Source: Saccharolobus solfataricus (GTDB taxonomy: Archaea > Thermoproteota > Thermoprotei_A > Sulfolobales > Sulfolobaceae). From it: a stretch of 32,000 nt of DNA. Below are positions 8,657 to 17,751 of this stretch, piece by piece. The stretch is from positions 1,170,001 through 1,202,000 of the forward strand of contig NZ_LT549890.1 of NCBI RefSeq assembly GCF_900079115.1. The letters run 5' to 3'. The position numbers were made by a program, and so were the translations under genes. The notes below the pieces were generated by a model. It had not been told where the DNA came from. It ran no database searches and saw nothing but the letters and a program-made list of their open reading frames with translations. Numbering within the stretch: the first letter of the stretch is position 1; each line of letters opens with the position of its first letter.

Positions 8657-11374
8657 GTGTATAGTGTGTTAAGTATAAAAGACAAAAAAATAATTTCGCT
8701 CTTAATACTAGTTGCAACTGCTATCAGTCCCATTTTTGCCATAGCACAATCTGCCAGTTCCTCGCCTGCTTCTACAGCAATAACAATAATTTCATATAAC
8801 GGTAATGACGCCAACGGTATATTGGCTTTTGAGCATGGGCAAATAGCTTTTTACGCTTATGCCGTACCTCCATCAGAATATACCAGTTTACCTCCCGGAG
8901 CCAAACCTTACTTGTTACCGAGCACTTATTACGACATTCTAGTAAATCCATTAAATACTACTTTTGGTTTTAACCCATTCCAATTCCAAGAAGTTAGATT
9001 CGCACTGAACTATATAGTAAATAGAACCTATTTTGTAGATAGTATATTACACGGTTATGGTATACCAGCAATATCCCTATATGCTGGAGAACCTGACGTA
9101 ATTCATTTACAGCCAACATTATCTAAGTACGCTAATGTCCATTACAATTTCACTTACGCAAATGAAACTGTTTATAAAGTTCTAACTACTCATGGTGCTC
9201 AATATATTAACGGTAAGTGGTATTATAATGGAAAACCCATAACAGTTTACGTGTTTGTCAGAACTGATGCCACAGTAAGGAGAGAATATGCTGAATACTT
9301 TATAACTCAGTTACAGAAGTTAGGTTTTACTGTCCAGCAAATTCAAGGCAATTTACAAAAGGAAATTTCTGTAGTATATGGTAGTGATCCCGCAAATACT
9401 ACATGGGATATACTAATTGAAGCTTGGGGTGGGACTTATGGGTATTATGATTCATCATTAGCAATAAGTCTTTACAGTACTTTAGGAGCTTCAGCTCCAT
9501 TTTCTTCATACTATGGCTTAAGTATGGGAACATATAATGATACCAAGTATGAATCTCCACTATTACTTAAAGAGGCGAACGAGCTTGACAACATGTCATT
9601 AATAATAGCTCAAAGTCAGTTCACCAGTGCCCAAGAATATTATCAGTTATATAATGAAATTGTAAACTTAGGTATTAATATGTCAGTAAGAATAGGACTA
9701 GGGATGAGTCTGACTCCAATATACGCGCTATCTAACATTAACGGAATTTATCCGAGTTTCGCCCAGAGTACACTATTAAGCTTCCAGACGTATTATTCTA
9801 TAACCAATGGAAGTTTTCCCAATGTTACAATAGGTGTTAGATATTTAAGCCAAGGTTCAGCTAACCCTGGTGCTGGTTTTACTGATGCCTATACTGATGA
9901 AATAGGAAATGCTCTATTCACCCCATCCTCTTTAACAGTGCCAGGTTCTGGATATCCTGTACCTTTCATCTACACCTACAAGATAGTGAATATTACTCCC
10001 CATGCCGTAGTATCAGTACCTTCAAATGCGTTGTGGTGGAATCCAACAACACAACAAGTGACTAAGGTACCTCCTAATACTACTGCACAAATGGCAGTAA
10101 TATACAATTTAGCCCCAGTATTTAATAATGATAAATGGGCTGATGGTCAAAATATAACTCTCGCTGATATAATATATGAGTATATTGTTGCATCAGAGAT
10201 GTCCTTAAACTCTAGTAATCCAATTTATGACTCTACTGCATCGTCAGTTTATGCTCCAGCGCTACAGACCATTAAAGGATTTAAGATAATTAACTCCACT
10301 GCTATAGAAATATGGGGCAATGATTGGTTCTTCGATCCTACTGAGGCTGTAGTGTCCTTATTTGGGGCTTTCAATCCATTAGGTTATGCTCTAGCTGGAG
10401 GAGGTTACTTCCCATGGCAAATGTATGTTGGTATGAAAGATGTTGTTGCACAAGGTAAAGCAGCGTGGTCTGAGGGAACAGCTCAGTCAAAAGGAATTGA
10501 TTGGCTAAATCTGGTTAGTCCAACTGATGTTGGGTATATAACTTCAGCGTTACAGAATGCCTCAGCTACCGGATATATACCTAAGAGCTTACAGATAGTG
10601 GAGAACTTAAGCGGTATAACTCTAGTAACTCCACAACAAGCAATAGCTGGTTATCAGGCTGCAATCAACTTCATGAAGACCTATGGAAATGGATTAATAG
10701 GAGATGGTCCATATATCTTGGCAGCGTGGAATCCAAGTGCTTCTCCGCCTTATGCAAAACTGGTTAGGAATCCCTACTTCCATTTGGTTCCTCCATCTAA
10801 TGCATTAGCCTTGCCAACAATGTATTCAATTTCACTAAGTGTCCCATCAACAGTTTTACCTGGTCAAACCTTAACTGGTACAGTAATGGGAACTCCTTCG
10901 GGAAGTACTACTGCAATACCCAGTCCTAATGCCTTGGTTAATATAGAGATATTATATCCAAATGGTTCTATAATATCAAGTTATCAATTAATGACCAATG
11001 CAAATGGACAATTTACCTTTACCGTTCCATCTTCATTATCCCCAGGGTCTTATCTAGTAACAGTATCAGCGTACAGTAATACTTCGATACTAATAAATCC
11101 AGTGACATATACTCTTGTAGTGTTGCCATCAATAACAACTACTACGAGTACAACAACTACGACAACTACTATTACTACTACCACAACTACATCAATCAGT
11201 ACGTCTGTATCTACAACTACAATTACTTCTGTTAGCACTGTAGTTAGCACCTTATTAAGTACTGTGGTAAGTACTGTAGTATCTAGCGCTTCCAATGTTG
11301 GTTACATAGCTGTAATAGTAGTCCTAATAATTATAATAATAGCTTTAGCAGTATTATTGTTCAGAAGAAGATAA
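8657..11374 (+). CDS. ABC transporter substrate-binding protein, family 5 (Opp/Dpp type), Thr-rich linker and C-terminal TM anchor
   Basis: 905 aa with an N-terminal signal-like helix and a large extracellular domain with many sequons. Thr/Ser run encoded at about 11126-11297, then a hydrophobic helix and RRR. First gene of a B-C-D-F transporter operon. Confidence 0.85.
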   Translation: MYSVLSIKDKKIISLLILVATAISPIFAIAQSASSSPASTAITIISYNGNDANGILAFEHGQIAFYAYAVPPSEYTSLPPGAKPYLLPSTYYDILVNPLNTTFGFNPFQFQEVRFALNYIVNRTYFVDSILHGYGIPAISLYAGEPDVIHLQPTLSKYANVHYNFTYANETVYKVLTTHGAQYINGKWYYNGKPITVYVFVRTDATVRREYAEYFITQLQKLGFTVQQIQGNLQKEISVVYGSDPANTTWDILIEAWGGTYGYYDSSLAISLYSTLGASAPFSSYYGLSMGTYNDTKYESPLLLKEANELDNMSLIIAQSQFTSAQEYYQLYNEIVNLGINMSVRIGLGMSLTPIYALSNINGIYPSFAQSTLLSFQTYYSITNGSFPNVTIGVRYLSQGSANPGAGFTDAYTDEIGNALFTPSSLTVPGSGYPVPFIYTYKIVNITPHAVVSVPSNALWWNPTTQQVTKVPPNTTAQMAVIYNLAPVFNNDKWADGQNITLADIIYEYIVASEMSLNSSNPIYDSTASSVYAPALQTIKGFKIINSTAIEIWGNDWFFDPTEAVVSLFGAFNPLGYALAGGGYFPWQMYVGMKDVVAQGKAAWSEGTAQSKGIDWLNLVSPTDVGYITSALQNASATGYIPKSLQIVENLSGITLVTPQQAIAGYQAAINFMKTYGNGLIGDGPYILAAWNPSASPPYAKLVRNPYFHLVPPSNALALPTMYSISLSVPSTVLPGQTLTGTVMGTPSGSTTAIPSPNALVNIEILYPNGSIISSYQLMTNANGQFTFTVPSSLSPGSYLVTVSAYSNTSILINPVTYTLVVLPSITTTTSTTTTTTTITTTTTTSISTSVSTTTITSVSTVVSTLLSTVVSTVVSSASNVGYIAVIVVLIIIIIALAVLLFRRR

Positions 11375-11390
11375 TGAAGAGTGGGTAATA

Positions 11391-12437
11391 ATGGGTTTTA
11401 CAACATATATTGTAAAAAAGGTACTTATTTATTTTTCAGTTCTTCTCGCAACTTTAACAATTCTTTATATTTTCACTTTTCCCATATTACAAGAGATTAT
11501 AGCTAAGAGTATTAATTTTCAAGTCGCTCAATTTTCTCAAACCTTGTTCAAAAATGCTCATAATCTAAACTCTACCCAAATTCAGATTGCGGTAGAGAAG
11601 TATAAGGAATCTTTAATTGCGGCTTATGGACTTAATCAACCCATTATAGACAAATATTTTATTCAGATGTATAATTTGTTACGTTTTAATTTCGGTACTG
11701 CCTACTTTTTACAAGCTCCATCTGGTTCTAGGGACGTTAGTGCAATTATTGCTTATTACTTACCCAATACAATCCTCTTGTTCACTACTGCTACGATAAT
11801 ATTCATAGTCGTAGGAACGATAATAGGTTTACTCTCTGCAAAATCTAAATTCTGGGAGAAGGTAATTGCAATAATAGCTGTAATACACTCTAGTATTCCT
11901 ACTTGGTGGTTAGGTTTTGTCCTAATTGCAGCTTTAGCGTATGCAGTTAAGGTTTTCCCACCTGGTGGAATGACCTCAGTACCACCTCCAAAGAATCCGT
12001 TTGATTATGGAATGAGTGTTTTATATCACATGGCGTTACCACTGATTACTATCTTTATTGTAAACGTTGGAGGATTTGCGTATATTGTTAGAAGTTTAGT
12101 TACCTCAATTATGAAAGAAGATTTTGTAATTACAGCGAAAGCTAGAGGATTACCAGCCTCTAGAATACTATATAGACATGTCTTACGCTCAGCCTCACCA
12201 TCAATTGCCACACAAGCTATTTTAGCATTAGCTGGATCATTAGGAGGTAGTTTAACCACAGAAGTTGTTTTCGAGTGGCCTGGGGTGGGTTTATTAACTT
12301 ATGTAGCCATAACCTTAAATGATTTACCAGTGATATTAGGGATAACCTACGTTTTAACAATTGTGTTATTGGTTGGATTATTTTTAGGAGAGTTAGTTTA
12401 CGGGTTATTAGATCCTAGGATAAAAGTTGGTGAGTAG
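11391..12437 (+). CDS. ABC transporter permease (OppB/DppB-like)
   Basis: 348 aa, polytopic, with an EAA-loop-like FVITAKARGLPASRILYRHVLR. Ends LLDPRIKV, typical of this family. Confidence 0.9.
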   Translation: MGFTTYIVKKVLIYFSVLLATLTILYIFTFPILQEIIAKSINFQVAQFSQTLFKNAHNLNSTQIQIAVEKYKESLIAAYGLNQPIIDKYFIQMYNLLRFNFGTAYFLQAPSGSRDVSAIIAYYLPNTILLFTTATIIFIVVGTIIGLLSAKSKFWEKVIAIIAVIHSSIPTWWLGFVLIAALAYAVKVFPPGGMTSVPPPKNPFDYGMSVLYHMALPLITIFIVNVGGFAYIVRSLVTSIMKEDFVITAKARGLPASRILYRHVLRSASPSIATQAILALAGSLGGSLTTEVVFEWPGVGLLTYVAITLNDLPVILGITYVLTIVLLVGLFLGELVYGLLDPRIKVGE

Positions 12438-12439
12438 GA

Positions 12440-13792
12440 TTGAGTAAAAGAAATGTAGGCTTTTCCTCTTATATTAGAGATTTTTTGTCGAGTAAAATTG
12501 GATTAGTAGGCCTTATAATTCTAATTATTTTACTTATATTTACTGGAATAGCCTTATCTATCCCTGCAAAAGTTTACGTTTCGTGGAATAATCCAGCAGC
12601 CTGGAATCAATATCCGGAACACGTACCTCCAGCTTGGTTATCCATCTTTTACCCGGGAAAGTATTTCACAACAGAAGAGCTATCACCAATAAATATGTCT
12701 TTGTATTCTCCTGCTAAAAATATATTCGTAGCGATAATCACATATCAATTTAATTGGTCTAAGGTCTTACCGGCATACAACGTATATTTCATAACTTCGA
12801 GTAATGTTACCCCTATAGAAGAAGTAATATATTGGAGTAAACCGGATGGTTATACCTTACAGGTAAATGTTCCAGCTGGTGTATTTAATGTGCCATTTGA
12901 TCTTACAAGTATTAGAGGTGATATTTTAAGTTATATATCTTCAATTACGGGAAAAACACCAAATATAGTTAACAGCACCGTATTGTCATCAGCTTTATTT
13001 AACTCTCCAAAATCTAATTTTACGGTAATTGAGCAGGGGAAGTATGTAGTTAAGATAGAAATAGTATCCTCATTACCCATGAATATTACAAAGTCAAGGT
13101 TAATTCTATTAGGGAATTCCTATGGCTTGATGGGAACTGACTATTTCGGGAGGCCATTGGATTTAGGAATTCTTTTAGGATTACCGAATGCGCTAGAAAT
13201 AGGTGTATTAACTTCATTAGTAGCTGTACTTGTGGGAGTTTTTGTTGGAGGCATCTCTGGTTATCTAGGTGGAAATAAGGATTCTATAATACAATGGGTT
13301 ACCTTAGTATTCCTTGCATTACCAGCTCTCCCCTTTTTAGTTGCAGTATCGTTTGTTGCAGAACCTAACATAGTTATAGAGGCTCTATTAATAGCTTTCT
13401 TATCCTGGCCATTTTATGCCATAATAGCTAGATCAATGGCCTTATCAATAAAGTCAAATAGTTATGTTGAAGCTGATAAACTACTTGGAATACCATCATA
13501 TAGAGTATTCTTTACACACTTCATGCCTAGGTTAATACCAATAACAGTTGCTTACATGGTATTAGGTGTTCCTGCAGGGATTCTTTTAGCCCAAACGTTA
13601 GCCTTTTTAGGAATAGCTCCAGCCAATATAGTAACTTGGGGAGGGATTTTAGATGCTGCAGAAACTTATCAAGCTCAAGTTAATGGATGGTGGTGGTGGG
13701 TTGTGTTCCCTGGAGCAATGGTCGTTATTGTAGCAATACCTTTCGTGCTAATAGGTTTCGCAATAGAAAGAGTTACATTAGGTGAGAGATAG
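12440..13792 (+). CDS. ABC transporter permease (OppC/DppC-like) with a large extracytoplasmic insertion
   Basis: 450 aa. One N-terminal TM, about 190 aa of non-membrane sequence, then a 5-TM core with VEADKLLGIPSYRVFFTHFMPRL. Confidence 0.9.
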   Translation: MSKRNVGFSSYIRDFLSSKIGLVGLIILIILLIFTGIALSIPAKVYVSWNNPAAWNQYPEHVPPAWLSIFYPGKYFTTEELSPINMSLYSPAKNIFVAIITYQFNWSKVLPAYNVYFITSSNVTPIEEVIYWSKPDGYTLQVNVPAGVFNVPFDLTSIRGDILSYISSITGKTPNIVNSTVLSSALFNSPKSNFTVIEQGKYVVKIEIVSSLPMNITKSRLILLGNSYGLMGTDYFGRPLDLGILLGLPNALEIGVLTSLVAVLVGVFVGGISGYLGGNKDSIIQWVTLVFLALPALPFLVAVSFVAEPNIVIEALLIAFLSWPFYAIIARSMALSIKSNSYVEADKLLGIPSYRVFFTHFMPRLIPITVAYMVLGVPAGILLAQTLAFLGIAPANIVTWGGILDAAETYQAQVNGWWWWVVFPGAMVVIVAIPFVLIGFAIERVTLGER

Positions 13793-14732
13793 GATGTTAT
13801 TAGAGGTAAGAAACTTAAAGGTTTACTTCTACACAAAGAGAGGTATTGTTAAGGCTGTTGACGGAGTTAACTTATATTTAGATAAGGGAGAAATAGTTGG
13901 GCTCGCTGGTGAGAGTGGATCTGGAAAGAGTACGATAGGTTATGCCATAATGAGGCTTGTACCTTTTCCTGGAAAGATTGAAAGTGGGGAAATATTATTT
14001 AAAGGTGAGAATATACTAAAACTAGATGAAGAAGCATTTAGGAAAAATTATAGATGGAAGAAGATAGCAATGGTTTTCCAAGGCTCAATGTCTGGATTCA
14101 CTCCAGTGTTTAAAATAAAGGATCAGATAATCGAGGTTTTACGTATTCATGGTTGGAACGGAGATTATGAGGAGAGAATAAAGGAGTTGTTCAAAATGGT
14201 TAACATGGATCCACAATTAGCTGAAAAGTATCCTCATGAGCTTTCTGGAGGTCAAAAGCAAAGGGCTTTTATTGCAATGGCCCTAGCCTTAAATCCTGAG
14301 GTTCTGATAGCAGATGAACCCACAACAGCCCTAGATGTGATGGTCCAAGAACATATTCTTAACCTATTGAAGAAGTTAAGGAAAGAGTTAAACTTGTCTA
14401 TAATTTTCATAACACATGATTTGGCCTTACTTTCCGAGATTTCAGATAGGGATTATACGCTATATGCAGGTAAAGTTATGGAAAGTGGGCCATCAGAAGT
14501 TATATTCAAAAAACCTAGACATCCCTATACTTCACTACTTATCGAATCCATTGCCACATTGGACAAAGATATAATAAAGGGAATACCGGGAGCTATGCCA
14601 GACCTCTCAAGTCCACCGTTAGGTTGTAGATTTAATACTCGATGTCCCTTTGCTAGAGACATTTGTTTTAAGGAAGAACCTAAAATGAAAACGTTCTCAG
14701 ATGGTGATGAGGTTGCCTGTTGGCTCTACTAG
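13782..14732 (+). CDS. ABC transporter ATP-binding protein (OppD/DppD-like) with C-terminal 4-Cys motif
   Basis: GESGSGKST, LSGGQKQR, LIADEPTTALD. C-terminal GCRFNTRCPFARDIC ... VACWLY. Confidence 0.93.
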   Translation: MRDRMLLEVRNLKVYFYTKRGIVKAVDGVNLYLDKGEIVGLAGESGSGKSTIGYAIMRLVPFPGKIESGEILFKGENILKLDEEAFRKNYRWKKIAMVFQGSMSGFTPVFKIKDQIIEVLRIHGWNGDYEERIKELFKMVNMDPQLAEKYPHELSGGQKQRAFIAMALALNPEVLIADEPTTALDVMVQEHILNLLKKLRKELNLSIIFITHDLALLSEISDRDYTLYAGKVMESGPSEVIFKKPRHPYTSLLIESIATLDKDIIKGIPGAMPDLSSPPLGCRFNTRCPFARDICFKEEPKMKTFSDGDEVACWLY

Positions 14733-15678
14733 TAATTATGTAGTTAAAGTAGAAAACTTAAAAGTATATTTCACTAAGGGTGGAATGTTTACTAAGAAGT
14801 ATGTAGTTAAAGCGCTAGATGGTGTGACGTTAAGTATAAAAGAAAGGGAAATTATGGGAGTCGTAGGTGAAAGCGGATCTGGTAAAACCACATTAGGTAG
14901 AGTAACAATAGGTCTCCAAAAACCAACTTCTGGTAATGTTTATATTAAAGCTGATAATAAGGAGATTAATGTAAATAAGGCAAAATTAAAAGATATTAGC
15001 AACTACGTTCAGATGATATATCAAGATCCATATTCCTCCATAGATCCCATAATGAGAGTATATGACGTTTTAGCAACTCCATTGAAATACAAAAAGATGA
15101 GTGATATAGATAAGAAGATTGAGGAGGCAATGAGGTTAGTTGATCTTCCACTGGAACTGTTGGAAAATAGGGTATATCAATTATCTGGTGGGCAGAGACA
15201 GAGATTAAGTATAGCTAGGGCAATAGTTGTCAACCCAAAATATATTGTAGCAGATGAACCTACTACAATGTTAGACGCTTCATTAAAAGGAGAGATCTTG
15301 AAGATAATAAAAGACGCTAGAGAAAGTAAAGGTTTTTCCTTTATGTATATAACGCATGAGCTACCAATAGCAAAAATAATATCCGATAGGATTATAGTAT
15401 TATATTTAGGAAAGATAGTAGAATTAGGGAACTCAAATGAGATTATTAAAAACCCATTACATCCATATACTCAGGGACTAATTGAGGTTTATCCTAGAAT
15501 AGATCCCTCACTTAGAGATAAGATCAAGGAGATAAAGATCAAGGTTGATATAGTGAGACCAGATAAGGGGTGTGTGTTTTATCCCAGATGTCCATTTGCA
15601 ATGCCTAAGTGTAAGGAACAAGAACCAGAGCTGAAGGAAGTTTCTCAAAATCACTACGTAGCGTGCTGGCTTTATTGA
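14701..15678 (+). CDS. ABC transporter ATP-binding protein (OppF/DppF-like) with C-terminal 4-Cys motif
   Basis: GESGSGKTT, LSGGQRQR, IVADEPTTMLD. C-terminal GCVFYPRCPFAMPKC ... VACWLY. The start may be an internal Met a few codons in. Confidence 0.93.
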   Translation: MVMRLPVGSTSNYVVKVENLKVYFTKGGMFTKKYVVKALDGVTLSIKEREIMGVVGESGSGKTTLGRVTIGLQKPTSGNVYIKADNKEINVNKAKLKDISNYVQMIYQDPYSSIDPIMRVYDVLATPLKYKKMSDIDKKIEEAMRLVDLPLELLENRVYQLSGGQRQRLSIARAIVVNPKYIVADEPTTMLDASLKGEILKIIKDARESKGFSFMYITHELPIAKIISDRIIVLYLGKIVELGNSNEIIKNPLHPYTQGLIEVYPRIDPSLRDKIKEIKIKVDIVRPDKGCVFYPRCPFAMPKCKEQEPELKEVSQNHYVACWLY

Positions 15679-15693
15679 TAGAGGCTTGGTTAC

Positions 15694-15873
15694 ATGAGAT
15701 CACTCTTCAAAGTAATAGTTGGTCTTGCAATGTTAGGTGGGGCGATTGGATTAGATTATGTTGGAGCCTCGTTTCAAAGCTTATCTATCTTAATAATCTC
15801 CATGATTCTTGCCATTGCTGGGGCAATGGTGGGTATAAGAGGACTAATGGAGTTTTTAGGAGAGAGATTTTAG
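15694..15873 (+). CDS. Small two-helix membrane protein (59 aa), not in the ORF track
   Basis: Translated by hand: MRSLFKVIVGLAMLGGAIGLDYVGASFQSLSILIISMILAIAGAMVGIRGLMEFLGERF. GAGG lies 10 nt upstream of the ATG. Begins 16 nt after the ATPase stop and is followed by a T6 run. Confidence 0.45.
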   Translation: MRSLFKVIVGLAMLGGAIGLDYVGASFQSLSILIISMILAIAGAMVGIRGLMEFLGERF

Positions 15874-15894
15874 GTGCTTATTTGATTCCTTAAA

Positions 15895-15900
15895 TTTTTT
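15895..15900 (+). terminator. T-run, candidate archaeal termination signal
   Basis: TTTTTT about 20 nt after the stop of the small ORF, at the end of the + strand operon, in a convergent intergenic region. Confidence 0.3.
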
Positions 15901-16055
15901 CCCACTAAACTACTATTAACTTGCTTTCAAGCAATAATTAGCTCCACAATTTCTGTCCTCACAACTCTTAACTCTTTATGAAAATTCAGCAAGTTCACAA
16001 AGTAGATTTTAGATAAAAACTACATATAGATCTTCTTTCACCACTTTAATTTTCA

Positions 16056-16781
16056 TTATTTTGATGATTTCCTAAATCTGTACACTGCAATACTACTTGC
16101 TACTATTATAATAATAGCAATTACTACACTTGGTATAATTACGCCAGAATAATCGGTCCCACCTTCCATTCGAGATATGTTAGTATATAGGTAAATTTGT
16201 CCCGAATTGGTGTAATTACTCTGCATTTGACTAATTAAACCATTAACGTAAATTATTCTTTGGCTTACGTAATAAGTAGGTATCGTTGTAATATTTAAGT
16301 CTGAGAAGTTAACAACCAATTTTCCGCTATTCTGCTTAATGATACTAATGTTCGTTATTATTTGACTTTCAATTTTATTATTACTCATATTTACAATTTT
16401 TTCATTAAATGAGTAAGTTCCATTAGTTGAATAAGGCATATAAAATGGAGCTAATAATCCTATGTTGCTAGACGCGTTAGATATGTAGTACGTAATCCAT
16501 ATTTCCTTCCCACTCATGTTTATAATGTAATAATATTCTCCATTATAACTGAGCTGGATTCCTAAAGTCTTGTTGTAAGAATTACCGATCTCCCTAATAG
16601 TAACGTTATAACCACCGTCAGGCAAATGATTAACTGATACTCCTACGTTCATATTTATTGCAAGAGAGCTTAATACTCCATGATATCCTATTAATTGTGT
16701 GCCATAAAAAGTCAGAGATAGAAATAAAGGAAAAAAGAAAAATAATGATAAAAACAAGTTAATATAGGTGGCATGCAACAT
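16056..16781 (-). CDS. Secreted, C-terminally anchored, sequon-rich protein of unknown function
   Basis: 241 aa with an N-terminal hydrophobic segment, 11 N-x-S/T sequons, and a C-terminal TM helix followed by YRFRKSSK. Overlaps the upstream ATPase gene by 23 nt. Confidence 0.7.
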   Translation of the reverse strand: MLHATYINLFLSLFFFFPLFLSLTFYGTQLIGYHGVLSSLAINMNVGVSVNHLPDGGYNVTIREIGNSYNKTLGIQLSYNGEYYYIINMSGKEIWITYYISNASSNIGLLAPFYMPYSTNGTYSFNEKIVNMSNNKIESQIITNISIIKQNSGKLVVNFSDLNITTIPTYYVSQRIIYVNGLISQMQSNYTNSGQIYLYTNISRMEGGTDYSGVIIPSVVIAIIIIVASSIAVYRFRKSSK

Positions 16782-17751
16782 AATGATCTCCTTTAATCCT
16801 CTTTATCTCTGGGGGTTTTTCCTTACAAATATCTTTTGCAAATGGACATCTACTATAGAATACACATCCCTTTGGTAACTCTAGTGGGCTTTGAATCTCA
16901 CCTTTGATATTGGGTTCCTTTATACCAATATCTGGATCTGGAACAGGCACTGCTTGCAGTAGTGCTTGAGTGTAAGGATGTAAAGGCTCGCTTATTACTT
17001 CTTCCGGAGTTCCGATTTCCACTACCTTACCTAAATACATTACTCCTATTCTATCTGAAACGTAACTAGCTATTGAGATATCATGTGTTATAAACAAATA
17101 CGCCGTTCCCCTTTGATCCCTATCGTTTAATATAAATTCCAAAATCTGACCCCTGGTTGATGCATCTAACATTGAAATTGGTTCATCAGCAACAATAAAC
17201 TTGGGCCTTAATAATAAAGCCCTAGCTACTACAACTCTTTGTCTCTGTCCTCCAGATAACTCCATTGGCTTCTTATTTGCAAAATTCTCAGGGGGGGTTA
17301 ACTTCACTATTGATAGTATTTTATATATTTGCTCAACTTCCTCACTTTTATTCGATATGAGTTTGTGTAATCTTAGCCCCTCAGCCAAAATTTCATATAC
17401 GCTCATTCTAGGATCTAAAGCACCATACGGATCTTGTTGAATTATCTGAAAATCTTTTCTTAGCCTCCTTAAAGTGTTATCATTTAATTTTGTTATATCC
17501 ACTAACTTACCACCATCAACTTTCCAGTATATACTTCCAGAGTAAGTCTCGATAAGTCTCAAAATTCCCTTTCCTAACGTGGTCTTCCCAGAGCCTGATT
17601 CGCCTATTAAACCAAATATTTCTCCTTTCTTAATCTCGAGAGAAACGTCGTTAACTGCATGTACGTAAAGTTTCCTAAATAATCCAACTCTACCCATGGG
17701 ATACTTTATCCAAACATTTTGAACTTTTACGATAATCTCATTATTGTCCAT
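16759..17751 (-). CDS. ABC transporter ATP-binding protein (OppF-like) with C-terminal 4-Cys motif
   Basis: GESGSGKTT, LSGGQRQR, IVADEPISMLD. GCVFYSRCPFAKDIC ... VACHLY. Confidence 0.93.
   Translation of the reverse strand: MDNNEIIVKVQNVWIKYPMGRVGLFRKLYVHAVNDVSLEIKKGEIFGLIGESGSGKTTLGKGILRLIETYSGSIYWKVDGGKLVDITKLNDNTLRRLRKDFQIIQQDPYGALDPRMSVYEILAEGLRLHKLISNKSEEVEQIYKILSIVKLTPPENFANKKPMELSGGQRQRVVVARALLLRPKFIVADEPISMLDASTRGQILEFILNDRDQRGTAYLFITHDISIASYVSDRIGVMYLGKVVEIGTPEEVISEPLHPYTQALLQAVPVPDPDIGIKEPNIKGEIQSPLELPKGCVFYSRCPFAKDICKEKPPEIKRIKGDHYVACHLY

Noticed and set aside
11050-11295. 81-aa antisense ORF (Val-rich), and similar antisense ORFs at 1043-1315, 3168-3413, 3988-4200, 4363-4695, 7974-8168, 12026-12259, 17201-17440, 18383-18610, 19007-19252, 20542-20754, 22074-22262, 23606-23806, 24813-25013, 26276-26461, 26497-26703, 30315-30536, 30463-30906 and 31202-31495
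   Set aside because: All are embedded in, or out of frame with, longer ORFs that have clear family signatures. Their compositions mirror the complementary codons, for example poly-Val opposite poly-Thr.
15663-15893. 76-aa ORF from the track
   Set aside because: Trp/Cys/His-rich, non-protein-like translation. A different frame gives a convincing 59-aa membrane peptide with an SD-like element (reported as a feature).
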